Origin: Octopus vulgaris
Taxonomy: Eukaryota
Length of the DNA: 64,000 bases
Direction of reading: 5' to 3'
Assembly (NCBI GenBank): GCA_951406725.2
Contig: OX597836.1
Span: 47,368,001-47,432,000 of the forward strand
Positions within the stretch are counted from its first letter, which is position 1, and each line of letters starts with the position of its first letter. The notes beneath the pieces were generated by a model. It had not been told where the DNA came from. It made no database searches and saw nothing but the letters and a program-made list of their open reading frames with translations. Positions 24,825-38,328 of the stretch are shown here, in pieces. The translations under genes were made by a program, and so were the position numbers.

Positions 24825-25819
24825 GAACACAGAAAGAAACAAGGAGAGAAAATAAAAAATGTTTAGTGGCTGGCAATTTCTGTCCGTCTGTCTGTTACCA
24901 ACTTAGTGGCTAAACTAGCTTACCAATATTCACGAAACTTTGCATACATGTGACACTAACATTCAATTCAGTAATAGGCTTAATTTGATTTCAATAAAAA
25001 AAAATCTATAATGTGCCCCACCCTGGGGGAGGGAGTGTTGGGCGAATTATTTGATAAAATGAGGAGGTTGCAAAAAGTATAAGTCTCAGGTAGTAACATA
25101 GAGCAGGTGAGTCATATCAGTGAAGGCGAGAACAGCAGTGAGAATGGGATGGGAAAGTTTATAAAGCTGTCATAAACACGTGACGCTGCATACATTCTTT
25201 CATAAATACATAGATACAACACACACAGAAAGGTGGGTGTGAGGAATACGTAGCTTTAAGGAGAGAGGGGATAGGTGGCTTTTCTGCTGTCCATCGCAAA
25301 GAAACACTCACACATAGACACACATAACATACATACATACATACATACATACATACATACATACATACATACATACATACATACATACATACATACATAC
25401 ACACATACATGCATACATATGTCTTCTATACACCAGTTTAAACTCGTGATTACCTGTGTGTACATTTGTAGATGTGTGTGGGACGTCCTATGACTCTCTG
25501 ACTCTCCACTTTTGTAGGGTCTTCCCTGTTTCAGACACATATTGTGAGATTTTTAAATTACGTCAAATTTTTCAAATCTGGTGTTTTGAACTAATTTTCC
25601 GCGTTAAATCCAATTTTGTTATTAATTTGTTCCTAACATCCAGCTGAATTAACGGAGAATTGGATTTCAATAAAAATCTATGATGGGCCCCGCTCCTTAG
25701 TGAGTGGAGCTGTAATACATGGGGACAAACCAACTACGATAAGCTACTACAAGCGACAACACCAGCTACAATACGCGGACTATTTGTCAATGTATTTGTA
25801 AATCTGTCTTTATCTAATT

Positions 25820-26151
25820 TACTCTTTTACTCTTTTATTTGTTTCAGTCTTTTGACTGCGGCCATGCTGGAGCACCGCCTTTAGTCGAGCAACTCGACCC
25901 CGGGACTTATTCTTTTTGTAAGCCCAGTACTTATTCTATCGGTCTCTTTTTGCCGAACCGCTAAGTGACGGGGACGTAAACACACCAGCATCGGTTGTCG
26001 AGCAATGCTAGAGGAACAAACACAGACACATACACACACACATACATATATATATATATACATATATACAACAGGCTTCTTTCAGTTTCCGTCTACCAAA
26101 TCCACTCACAAGGCATTGGTAGGCCCGGGGCTATAGCAGAAGACACTTGTC
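25820..26151 (-). mobile_element. SINE family A, 5'-truncated
   Basis: Matches family consensus. Confidence 0.8.
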
Positions 26152-26929
26152 CACTCTAATGCATAATTGTTTGTTAAAGTAATATGGGACATTCGTTATT
26201 CATCCACTAATCGTATTAGTAGTTTGTAATACCAATTTTTAGCAATAAACTATTACCATAAAGGGTAATAAAACATTTAATGGCTGAATTACATCTAACT
26301 GATTCTAAAATTTATATACTGACAGGATTGGGGATAGGAATGGGGGTGGAACTAAAACGGGAACTGAACAGTGTGATAGGAATGGAAACTGGGATTAACC
26401 CCTGCTTTGTCGGGTATTACCAGGTAATTCATCTAGTATATGTGCTCATATATTATGGACTCACCTGTCGAACAACCACATAGATGAATTTGTTTATAGT
26501 GATCAAATGTTTGTATTCACATAAGCCCACTCCTTCCATCAAATCGACATTACCTGTACAGGTGCACAAGTGTTCCACATGTCAGATAACGAAATGAGAG
26601 CAGAGCAACGTGAAATGACGTGCGTCGTCTCAAAAACAGCACAACGCCCGGTCAGAAAATTGAACCCACGATCTCACAATCGTGAGTGCAACACCCTAAT
26701 CACTAAGCCACGCGCTTTCACACACACGCACACACATACACATACACACGAGCTGTCCACAAGACTTAGTGGATACGAAACCTTGGGTAACTCTGTGTCC
26801 AAGATATAAAATATGTATGGCAGAGCATTTGGTTGTAAATCCTTCCTTAGTTTGGCATGTCTGAGTTCCTGGATGTTGAATTGTAGAGCACGATGAAAGC
26901 CTATATCAATTAGCGATAGTGGGTAGTTC

Positions 26930-27235
26930 CTGCTGATGAGTGTATCCTTTAGCTCATGTAGTCATGTGTCCCTGGTGCTTGTATCAGATACTATAATACA
27001 AATCCTTTTTGCCAGGTTGTAAAGGATATTCATTTTAGTGAGTCTGGGTTGGCAAGAGTTGAATGGCAGATATTGCTGCGAGTCCTTGGGCTTATAATAG
27101 ATGTCAGTTTCTATTTTGTTTTTGGATTTCTTGATGAGGATTTTGACGAATGGTCGTTGTTGGTGGCTATATTCCATAGTAAATTGAATGTTTATGTCAA
27201 GTCCATTCAGAAGGGCTTGAAATTCTTTAAACTCT
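26930..27235 (-). pseudogene. Penelope-like RT C-terminal (thumb) fragment
   Basis: LNGLDINIQFTME..PF..ILI..IETDIYYKPKDSQQYLPFNSCQP..K.NI.YNLAKRI. Confidence 0.8.
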
Positions 27236-27253
27236 CTCTCTCTCCCTCTCTCC

Positions 27254-27288
<35 letters not shown>

Positions 27289-27479
27289 GATATATATATG
27301 CAATGGACCATACACAGCTTTTAGGGATTTGTAGAAGCCCTTATAGTTGGTAGATCTATGCTAAGCTGAGTTCTTTTTGGTGAAGTTTATCCACTACTCA
27401 TTTTTGATCTCTTAAAGTTTACACGGAAGGCTGCTTTCTTCACAAAGCGATATCAGTTACCAAGGTAATCCTGGTGGGG

Positions 27480-27860
27480 CAGAGATCTCTTCTATGCTAG
27501 TAGTTTTTGGATTTCTTGGTTATTTTCATCAAACCAGTCCTTCTTTTTTTTTGTAGAGAAGCTCAATACTCCTTCAGAGGTTTGCAGAATGGCTGTTTTC
27601 AGGAGTTCCCAAATCACTTCAAGGGAGGGATCTGAAAGTCAAGCAGGATACTCTTACTCTCTTTTAACTTCTTTCAGTCATTTGACTGCAGCCATGCTGG
27701 AGCACTGCCTTTAGTCGAGCAAATTGACCCCAAGACTTATTGTTTGTAAGCCTAGTACTTATTCTGTCAGTCTCTTTTGCCGAACCGCTAAGTTACAGGG
27801 ACGTAAACACACCAGCATCGGTTGTCAAGCGATGTTGGGGGGACAAACACAGACACACAA

Positions 27861-27949
<89 letters not shown>

Positions 27950-28430
27950 CATATATACAACGGGTTTCTTTCAGTTTCCATTTACCAAATCCACTCACAA
28001 GGCATTGGTCAGCCTGTGGTTATAGTAGAAGACACTTGCCCAAAGTACCATGCAGTGGGACTGAACCCAGAACCATGTGATTGGTAAGGAAGCTACTTAC
28101 CACACAGCCACTCCTGCGCCTATCTTCAAGTTTTTATTAGAAATCCACCTGGAATTAACTTTCAGTTCAGCTGACTGCAGGATGCTCACCTGGAGCCCCC
28201 TCCTCTGAGCACCCCACCTCTTTTGGCCTTGAGTTTGAAGTGGAGGCTGAGTTTACAGTGGGCGAGATAATGATCTGAGTAGCATCCTGCACAAGACATC
28301 ACTCTAGTTTGACGAATGTCATTTTGGTTTTTCTTACACACCTGTTGGTAATCTATGAGGTGCCAATATTTGGACTGCAGATGCATCCAGGTAGTCATCA
28401 AACTGTCTTTTTGCTGGATGTTGTTGCTGT
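27480..28430 (-). pseudogene. RTE-clade endonuclease remnant interrupted by SINE A (27652-28120)
   Basis: TTWMHLQSKYWHLIDY..DIRQTRVM....YSDHYL. Confidence 0.7.
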
Positions 28431-28831
28431 TGAAGTTGGGAGAATTGGAAACATAGTCAGGTGACAAGTACATTTTTTTCAAGAAATTTATCCTCAAATT
28501 TGACCTGATTGTATTTGAGGTTGCTAATAAAATATCTGGGAAATGTTCTTTTCTCCTTTGGATCTCAAGTCAATTTTTTGATCCACATTAATAACTAATT
28601 TGATCATTTTCAATTTTCAACAAATGACGTCCAAACTGGCGCAAAATGAGTAATGGCTAATTAATTTCAATAATTTCTTCTCTTTAACAGCATGGTGCCG
28701 AGATATATCAGAGCCACTCCAGCAGATTGTGGAAAAGCTATAGAGAAGAATTTATGCTGACTTTAGATTTGTGTTTTGTTAACTTCATACCTCATACCAC
28801 TTTTCCATAATTCTCTCTCCTTTGCCCTAAG

Positions 28832-29635
28832 TACTCTTTTACTTGTTTCAGTCATTTGACTGTGGCCATGCTGGAGCACCGCCTTTAGTCGAGCAAATCG
28901 ACCCCGGGATTTTTGGATGCCTAGTACTTATTCTATCGGTCTCTTTTGCTGAACTGTTAAGTTACAGGGACATAAACACACCAGCATCGGTTGTCAAGCG
29001 ATGTTGGAGGAACAAACAGACACACAAACATACACACACACACATACACACACACACACACACAGACACACAATTATATATACACACACACACACACACA
29101 CATACATATATATATCCATGCTGGTGGCACGTAAAAAGCACCATCCGACCGTGGCTATTTGCCAGCCTCGTCTGGCACGTAAAAAGCACCCACTACACTC
29201 ACGGAGTGGTTGGCATTATGAAGGGCATCCAGCCGTAGAAACATTGCCAGATCAGACTGGGCCTGGTGCAGCCTTCTGGCTTCTCAGACCCCAGTTGAAC
29301 TGTCCAACCCATGCCAGTATGGAAAGCGGACACTAAACGATGATGATGATATATATATCTGTAAATTAACATGTTCCCATTATTCAATGGCCAAGATAAA
29401 ACTCTGAGTTTCGGATGCCGAAGTGGAAATCCACAACACCATCTCTTCGGTTATCTGGCCATCTGAAAAACGCTATGGGCTTCTTTCAGTTTCTGTCTAC
29501 CAAATCCACTCACAAGTTTTTGGTCGGCCTAAGGCTATAGTAGAAAACACTTGCCCAAGGTGCCACGCAGTGGGACTGAACCCGGAACCATGTGGTTCAT
29601 AAGTAAGCTACTTACTACACAGCCACTCCTACGCC
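28832..29635 (-). mobile_element. SINE A interrupted in its microsatellite by an RTE-tailed repeat (29117-29349) and a hammerhead-bearing element
   Basis: SINE halves at 28832-29115 and 29477-29635; inserts between them. Confidence 0.75.
29389..29460 (-). ncRNA. Minimal hammerhead ribozyme-like motif (core CCGAAGA)
   Basis: GGCCAGAUAA CCGAAGA GAUG..CAUC C GAAA CUCAGAG UU UUAUCUUGGCC. Confidence 0.55.
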
Positions 29636-29924
29636 TATATTTTAAATTTTTGTCGTATTTCTTATCTTTCTGATGTCTAAGGATAGATATTGATGTGTAT
29701 GAGTCTTTTCTCAAATGTAGTTCAGGAGAATTGAAGTAGCAACTCTACCTTATTTTATCTTACCCATTTTGTCCCAACTAAATTTGTTTTTCATTTGCCC
29801 AAAGAGAAGAGAAAACTTTCTGAAATAGTGTTCTGTATATATTTTAGTGTTTTTTATGCTTTTAGAGAAGGTCATTTGCTCCTATATTTTGTTAGGCAGT
29901 GAATATTTGTAAAATGTTCACCAT

Positions 29925-30096
29925 AGGCGCAGGAGTGGCTGTGTGGTAAGTAGCTTGCTAACCAACCACATGGCTCCGGGTTCAGTCCCACTGCGTGGCA
30001 TCTTGGGCAAGTGTCTTCTGCTATGGCCCCGGGCCGACCAATGCCTTGTGAGTGGATTTGGTAGACGGAAACTGAAAGAAGCCTGTCATATATATG

Positions 30097-30165
<69 letters not shown>

Positions 30166-30375
30166 CTGTGTTTGTCTCCCTAGCATTGCTTGACAACCGA
30201 TGCTGGTGTGTTTACGTCCCCATCACTTAGCGGTTCGGCAAAAGAGACCGATAGAATAAGTACTGGGCTTACAAAGAATAAGTCCCGGGGTTGATTTGCT
30301 CGACTAAAGGCGGTGCTCCAGCATGGCCGCATTCAAATGACTGAAACAAGTAAAAGAGTAAAAGAGTAAGAGTAA
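29925..30375 (+). mobile_element. SINE family A
   Basis: Full-length with (AAAAGAGT)n tail. Confidence 0.85.
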
Positions 30376-30502
30376 ATGATGGACTGCATAAAAAAAGAAT
30401 CTATATAAATGGAGAGAGGGAGGGAGAGAGAGAGAGGGAGAGTAAATTAACGATTATATATAATGCCTACCTTTATAGTATTACAGTAATTCCTTTACTG
30501 TA

Positions 30503-30806
30503 TGGAGGCGCAATGGCCCAGTAGTTAGGGCAGCAGACTTGCGGTCAGAGGATTGCGGTTTCAATTCCCAGACCAGATGTTGTGTGTGTTTATTGAGCGA
30601 AAACACCTAAAAATCCACGAGGCTCCGGCAGGGGGTGGTGGCGACCCCTGTTGTACTCTTTCGCTCCAACTTTCTCTCACTCTTTTTTCTTGTTTCTTGA
30701 GTAATGATGCGATGGACTGACGTCCCGTCCAGCTGTGGGGAAAACAGAAACCAGGAAGCCGGGCCCATGAGCCTGGCTAGGCTTGAAAAGGGCACAGAAA
30801 TAAAAT
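30503..30806 (+). mobile_element. SINE family C (tail type 2)
   Basis: TSD TAATTCCTTTACT; empty paralogous site at ~31915. Confidence 0.8.
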
Positions 30807-31069
30807 AATTCCTTTACTACCTGCAATTATATCTGGTGTGTTGTGTTCTTGAAAGTCTCCCTCAGTATCTCTGCTGAGCGGTTCAGATGCCAATGCAGAT
30901 TGCATTAAACCCAATACTTCATCATTATTGTTTTCTTAATGACCATCCCCCTCATCACAGACAGTATCCAACTGACCCTACTATACTGTGTAGTTGACAA
31001 AATCAAAAATAAACGAGGCACATGCACAAAATTAAAAATATAAAATAGCGACAATTTACCCATCACTCC

Positions 31070-31168
<99 letters not shown>

Positions 31169-31268
31169 GTTAATCCAAACATGAAAGCACAAAAAAAAAC
31201 ACAACAACGCGAGGACGTGGAACAAATATAGTATTATTGGACGCTCAGGAAAGAAGGAAAGAAGGAGG

Positions 31269-31303
31269 GTTTAACGTTTCGAGCGGAGCTCTTCGTCGGA
31301 AAC
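31269..31303 (-). ncRNA. Minimal hammerhead ribozyme-like motif (core CCGACGA)
   Basis: GUUU CCGACGA A GAGC-UCC-GCUC GAAA CG UU AAAC, next to a long (TA)n. Confidence 0.55.
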
Positions 31304-32587
31304 ATAGGAGAAGGAAAGATCCAGAGAAGGGAAGACAGAGGGGAAAAAATCACCAACGGTACACACAAGGTCACATTTATATATATAAACATGTGTGTGT
31401 GTGTGTGTGTGTGTATGGTTAGGATATTTGGCTCATGATCATAAGGTTGTAGGTTCGATTCCTGGCTGCACGTCATGTCTTTGATCAAGACACTTTGTTT
31501 CCCGTTGCTCCAGTCCACCCAGCTGGCAAAAGGGAGTTGTGCTTGTATTTCAAAGGGCCAGCCTTGTCACATCCAGTTCTTGACTAAAATGTCAGCACTC
31601 CACCTTCTCTCCTAAGAACTGGTTAGAATACATTTAGGGGTATATGTGTAAGAATCTGCTAAGAACTAGGTTAGGGGTACATTTAGGGGTACATGTGTAT
31701 TCGGAGTGCTCAGCTAATTGTATGTTAATTTCACGAGCCAGCCGTTCCATTGATTGAAACAACTGGGACCCTCATCATTTTAAATGATGGACTGCACAAA
31801 AGAAGAATTTATATATAGGGAGAGAAGTAGAGAGAGAGAGAGGGAGAGAGGGAGAGAGAGAGAGAGAGAATAAACTAACACTTATATATAAGGCCTACCT
31901 TGAATGTATAACAGTAATTCCTTCACTGCCTGCAATTCTGTCTGGTGTGTTGTGTTCTTGGGAGTGTCCCTCAGTGTCTCTCAGCTGAACTGTTCAGTCG
32001 CCAATGCACGTTGCGTTAAACCCAATACTTCATCATCATCATCATTATTGTTTTCTTAATGATCATCCCCCTCATCATCACCATCAGCATCATTGATATT
32101 AATGTAAGGCGGCAGAGTGTTGCATTGGGTTCAAGGTGGAAATATTTCAACTGATTCTTTGGAAGGTTCTGATATTAATGGTGAAGAGTCTTCTTTGTTA
32201 ATTATCAAAACTTAGTTGTGTGTGGGTGCGTATGCGTATGTGTTGTGTCTCTTTGAGCTTTTGTGTGTTCTTTGTGTCTATGTGTCTCTCTGTCTGCACG
32301 TGTGTGTTTCTGAATTTCTTCGTGGTGTTTCTATGCGTGTTTGTGTGCTGAGAGTGTGTATGTGTGTATGAGTTGTTTTGGCTATATTTGTGTGTGCTGT
32401 TGTGTCTGTGGATGTTTATGAGTAGTGATGATGTCTCCCTGCCCCTGCCTGAGTCCCTGCTTCTCACAGGATGTTGATCTCTTCTTCGTGACGAATCAAA
32501 CTAAAAATGTTAGCAGTTGTTGCTGCTTATTTTGATATACTATGGCAGAAGTCGTCTCTTAGTACACACTGCACCTTTTCTGATAAA

Positions 32588-33098
32588 CATCACCACCACT
32601 ATCACCACCACCACCATCACCACCATCACCACCACCACCACCACAACCACCACCACCACCACAACCACCACTACCACCACCACCACCACCACCACCACCA
32701 CAACTACCACCACCACCACCACCACCACCACCACAACCACCACCACCACAACTACCACCACCATCACCACCACCACAACTACCACCACCACCACCACAAC
32801 CACCACCACACCACCACCACCACCACCACCACCACCACCACAACCAACACCACCACCACCACCACCACAACTACCACCACTACCACCATCACCACCACCA
32901 CCACCACAACCACCACCACAACTACCACCACAACCACCACAACCACCACCATCACCACCACCACAACTACCACCACCACCACCACAACCACCACCATCAC
33001 CACCACCACCACCACCACCACAACCACCACAACTACCACCATCACCACCACCACCACCACCACCATCACCACCACTACCAACTGCCACAACAACAACA
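32588..33098 (+). repeat. Long imperfect (CAC)n trinucleotide tract
   Basis: ~510 bp of CAC with CAA/CAT/TAC interruptions. Confidence 0.95.
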
Positions 33099-34200
33099 CT
33101 TACACTATGAGACTCACATTAGTTCTGCTTCATTGATAAAACTAATTACAGCCAAACTGATAACAAAAATTCATTAAAACAAAACAAGTTCATGGTTCCA
33201 TGAGGAGAGAAAGGTGGAGGGCTGACATTTTAGTGAAGAACCTTTTCCAAAGAAGTGTTTCGTCACAAAAATATTGTAGCTTCATTAATGGACAGTCACG
33301 GCGAGAGATTGCTTTATCTGAGGTTGGTCTGTGATAATCCATAAATCTTAAGTAAATGATTCACACCAAATAATTTATACCCAGTTTAAACTGGTATCCC
33401 CTCCTCCTTCTTTTCTTTCTTTCTTCCTTTTAAAAAGGGAACAGCTGCACAAACCATAAGATTCAGGTCCAACTGGAAGCCAAGCTAATTTGGGACATGT
33501 GAACACCTTTCATCACAGGTCTGCTTGATCAGGACTGACTCGGGGCTAAAAAGCAGCAACAACAACAACAACAACAACAATAGCAACAACCACAGCTACA
33601 TTATCAGCTGCATTGGCAACAACAACAACAAAAGTGGAAGCACAATGGCCCAGTAGTTAGGACAGCGGACTGGCGGTCGTAAGAACGCGGTTTCGATTCC
33701 TAGACCGGGCATTGTGAGTGTTTATTGAGCAAAAACACCTAAGCTCCACAAGGCTCCAGCGGGGGGTGATAGTGAACCCCACTGTACTCTTTCACCACAA
33801 CTTTCTCTCACTCTTTCTTCCTACTTCTGCCACAAAGCAGAGAAACCATGGTGTAACCCACTTTGGTGTGGTAAACTTTCAAACCCTAGTCTAGATTGCG
33901 AATCCTCTGTACCCCAGGATGGTTCAGCTCTCCACCCGTTAAAAGCCATCGTTTATGGAATGAGGATAACAACGTAGCTTTGGCACCCGTGCAACGGCCA
34001 GTCTGTCGCGTGTGGTGGGTGGATCTTCAAGTTGCCACACGCACTCTTAGTAGCTTAGAGTAGGCTCGAATTAGAGATTATTCTTTGTGGTTAATGGCGT
34101 GAATCCGGACTGGAAGAAGAAGAAGTAGAAGAAGAAGAAGAAGAAGAAGAAGAAGAAGAAGAAGAAGAAGAAGAAGAAGACGACGACGACAGCAACGAGT

Positions 34201-34555
34201 GGAGGCGCAATGGCCCAATGGTTAGGGCAGCCGACTCGCTGTCGGAGGATTGTGGTTTCGATTCCCAGACCGGGTGTTGTGTGTGTTTATTGAGCGAAAA
34301 CACCTAAAGCTCCACGAGGCTCAGGCAGAGGATGGTGGCGACCCCTGTTGTACTCTTTCGCCCCAACTTTCTCTCGCTCTTTCTTCCTGTTTCTTGTCCC
34401 CGACTTCCTACGCAACCGCTGAGCCTGGATGCGCATTCATCCATCCGTCGATGCTCTCGGTGTTGGGGGTTGACCTGCTTTCTCTTCTGCGGGTCTTACG
34501 AATAGTAAAGGACCACGTTTTGGACTTCTCCCACTCTGTGACAAAGACCACTACA
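34201..34555 (+). mobile_element. SINE family C (tail type 3), preceded by (GAA)n
   Basis: Family head and core, divergent 3' part. Confidence 0.7.
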
Positions 34556-34644
34556 CTCAACACACACACAGCAACAACAGATTCATACCCTAGACTGGAG
34601 CTCATTTGTGAAGCAGTCGTTAATTAATTAATTAGACAGGCTAA

Positions 34645-35090
34645 AGCAGTGAATGAGCAGAGTTGTGAGCATGCTGGGCAAAGTGCTCAGTGGCATTTCA
34701 TCTGTCTTCATGTTCTGAGTTCAAATTCTTCCAAGGTCAACTTTACCTTCCATCCTTTCACAATCAATAACATAAGTACCAGTTGAACAATGGGTTCGAT
34801 GTAATCAACTTGCCCCCTCTCCCAAAACTGCCGGCCTTGTGCCAAAATTTGAAATCATTTAATTGGGACAGGCTAAGGCAGCAAGCTGGCAGAATCATTA
34901 GCATGCCGGGCAAAATGCTTAGCATCAATTCATTCGTCTTTAAGTTCTGAGTTCAAACTACACCAAGGTCAACTGTGTCGCTTATCTTTTCAGAGTTGAT
35001 AAAATAAGTACCAGATGAACAATGGGGGTCAGTGTGATCAACTTAACCCTTCCCCAAAACTGCTGGCTTTGTGCCAAAATTTGAAACCAA
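34645..35090 (+). mobile_element. Two degenerate SINE B copies, older tail type
   Basis: TTCTGAGTTCAAA, GGTCAAC, TAAGTACCAG, TTGTGCCAAAATTTGAAA. Confidence 0.65.
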
Positions 35091-35190
35091 TGAATTAGAC
35101 AGGCAGCCAAAATCTCCTTCAAACCAAACCATACCCTTTAAAAACTGAAAGACATTGGATAATGTTGCATTGCATCAGTGATGGTTTATT

Positions 35191-35480
35191 CATCATCATC
35201 ATCATCATCGTTTAGCGTCCGCTTTCCATACTAGCATGGGTTGGACGGTTCAACTGGGGTCTGGGAAGCCAGAAGGCTGCATCAGGCCCAGTCTGATCTG
35301 GCAGTGTTTCTACGGCTGGATGCCCTTCCTAATGCCAACCACTCCGTGAGTGTAGTGGGTACTTTTTACGTGCCACTGGCACAGGTGCCAGGGGAGGCTG
35401 GCAGCGGCCACGATTGGTTGGTGTTTTTTACGTGCCACCGGCACGGGGGCCAGGCGAGGCTGGCAACGGCCATGATCAGA
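35191..35480 (-). mobile_element. RTE-type 3' end / SINE ending in (GAT)n
   Basis: Same as 29117-29349 and 47880-48303; ..GGAAAGCGGACG(C/T)TAAA(C/T)GATGATGAT. Confidence 0.7.
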
Positions 35481-36785
35481 TGGTCGGGGGAGGGGACAGG
35501 GTGTTGCACTCACACATGTACAATTATTGAAATTGTAATTTCTTTCAACAGTCCAGTTATCAGGAGATCACCTACATCTATATTCATATCCTCAGATACA
35601 TGTAGATGTTCTAATACATCTCTACATGCATATTCTTAGTCTTTGCGTTGCTTCCTCGTGTCCCACCTTGTCCATATCTAAGTGCTGTCGTAAACCTTCT
35701 CTCTGCAAGGCCCCTGTCTCCAGTCCTCTATCAGGTTTTAAAGATCTGCTTCAACACCAGTCAGTCATCCCATCTGGCACAGAACAATCCTGTTAGCTCT
35801 GTTCCCTACAAAAATGCTCAGTCATATTCCCCTTATCTGTTTGAAGAAGCTAATTAATAAACATTTTTGCATGTGTGTGTGTGTGTGTGTGTGTGTGTAT
35901 TTTGTCTTTTACTTGTTTCATTCATTAGACTGTGGCCATGCTGGGGCACTGCCTTAAAAGTTTTTTTAGCTGAATGAATAAACCACACTACTTTTATTTT
36001 AAAGCCTGGTATTTATTCTATTGGTTACTTTTGCCAAACTGCTAAGTTACAAGAACGTAAACACATCAACACAAGTTGTCAAGCAATGATGGAGACAAAA
36101 ACACAGACACACACACACAGATATGTGACAGGCTTCTTTCAGTTTCTGTCTAGAAAATTTACTCACAAGGCTTTGTTTGGCCTGAAGCTATTGCAGAGGA
36201 CACTTGCCCAAAGAACCATGCGTTGAGACTGAACCAGAAACCATGTGATTGAGAAGCAAGTTTTTTCCCACACAGCCACACTTGTACCAGGCAAAAGAGA
36301 CTCTTGGAATAAGAACAAGATTAAAAAAAAAAGAAGTAAGAACTGGTATTGATTCATTTGACTAAAATTCATCATGGCAAAAGAAAACACAATATCGTGT
36401 ATCTTGAGAGGGTCATTGTGCCAATTATAATAAACACACACACTGATTCAGTATCACTTCTTTATTGTTAGCGAATTGGTTAAATATCTAACCAATTAAC
36501 TAATTGATCATTTGTTTAATGTGTTGGTTAAACAATCAATCAGTTGTTTGTTCGTCAGAGTCCTTTCGTTGCTATTCATGACCTCATCATCGAGGACCCG
36601 CCCTCTCTCTTCGGGGTGGGTCTATCTTGAGTCTGTCTTGAGAATTGGTCTTATGCCTGTGTGTATGTAGATGTGGGGTTGCTTACAAGAGAAGGAAAGG
36701 GTGAGAGTAAATGAAAAGTATGTCTGTGTATATGTGTGTGCATGTGGTTATGTATGTACACTCACGAGCCTGCTTGTATGTGTTT

Positions 36786-36839
<54 letters not shown>

Positions 36840-37399
36840 CTTGGCCATCTGTAACTTCTTTAAGGGTTTGGCCTCTTTATTCAAGATCAGTTCAGTCTCA
36901 GACCCACTGGGGTTTATTTATTTTATTTTTTATTTTTATTTTTTCTAGTTTCAGCTCACGAGCTGTGGCCATGCTGGGGCACTGCCATTTAGAAGCTGAG
37001 CTGCCGTAACCAGGATTCGAACTTGGGTTATCACGGCCACAGCCTGGGCTCCTAACCAATAGACGATCACAGCCAACAGATCCGCTGTTTGCTTGTTATC
37101 TTGTAAAGATTTATGGGTGTAGTTCATTATGTGAAGAGGTAAGGAGAGGAGTGGAGGACGGGGGAGGGGACAGGGTGTTGCACATACACATGTACATGCA
37201 TGTGTGTGTGTGCCTGCAAGTGTACTGCAAGAGTACTGTGTAGTGTCAGTGTTTGTCTGTGCATGAGTGCAGAAACTAGTGTGCTTGTTTGTATGGTTGA
37301 GTCAATTTGGTAAGTGGGTATATATATTCGCTCCTTTGCACCACATGGGCTCAACTCTCCTCCCCTTGCCTTTCTCACACACATACATACACACTATCT

Positions 37400-37600
37400 A
37401 TCTGTCCGCTCAGTCGAAGTCGACTCTCGGTCACTCGTTGGATCAGTGTCCTCCAGTCAGTTCTATCCTGGGCCGCTTCTTTCAGATTGGCCATGTCCAT
37501 TCCGGTATCACTCTTGATGGTGTCAAGCCAGTGGGTTCTTGGTCGGCCTCTTCCTCTCTTGCCACTGACCATTCCGAGCATGATGTCCTTCTCCAGGGAT
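37400..37600 (-). pseudogene. RTE/BovB-like LINE 3' end
   Basis: MLGMVSGKRGRGRPRTHWLDTIKSDTG..AQDRTDWR. Confidence 0.8.
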
Positions 37601-37916
37601 TATGTTATTTCTTGCAGTGAACGCTCGCAAATTTACAGCTCAAATCCAATTTTCTATTGTGTAATTTGTGTTTATGATGAGCATATTTAAAAACCTGATC
37701 TTCAATATAAACTTAAAAGGAGATTTTACCAGAAATTCTGTCCTTTACTACTTCTTTCTAGCATCTCCGAGGTGACATTTCTGCTCCTCCTCCTGGTTCC
37801 GATGTTTGCAATACAGGAAATTAGGAATTCACCCACAAAACACTTCATCAATATTTTAATTTTCTCCCTCTCCACACCAAATTCATTTTTTATTTTTTTC
37901 AAATTTCTTTTCGATA

Positions 37917-38328
37917 AGCGCAGGAGTGGCTGTGTGGTAAGTAGCTTGCTAACCAACCACATGGTTCCGGGTTCAGTCCCACTGCATGGCATCTTGGGCA
38001 AGTGTCTTCTGCTATAGCCCTGGGCCGACCAATGCCTTGTGAGTGGATTTGGTAGACGGAAACTGAAAAGAAGCCTGTCGTATATATATATATATACATA
38101 TATGTGTGTGTGTGTGTTTGTGTTTCTGTGTTCGTGCTCCTAGCATTGCTTGACAACCGATGCTGGTGTGTTTACGTCCCCGTAACTTAGCGGTTCGGCA
38201 AAAGAGACCGATAGAATAAGTACTGGGCTTACAAAGAATAAGTCCCGGGGTCGATTTGCTCGACTAAAGGCGGTGCTCCAGCATGGCCGCAGTCAAATGA
38301 CTGAAACAAGTAAAAGAGTAAAAGAGTA
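37917..38328 (+). mobile_element. SINE family A
   Basis: Full-length copy. Confidence 0.85.

Noticed and set aside
29925-30000. tRNA-like sequences in SINE heads
   Set aside because: No proper acceptor stem; always fused to a SINE body, so not called tRNA genes
32507-33136. Poly-His/Thr/Pro/Val/Gly ORFs of ~200 aa
   Set aside because: Translations of the (CAC)n tract; no splice or domain support
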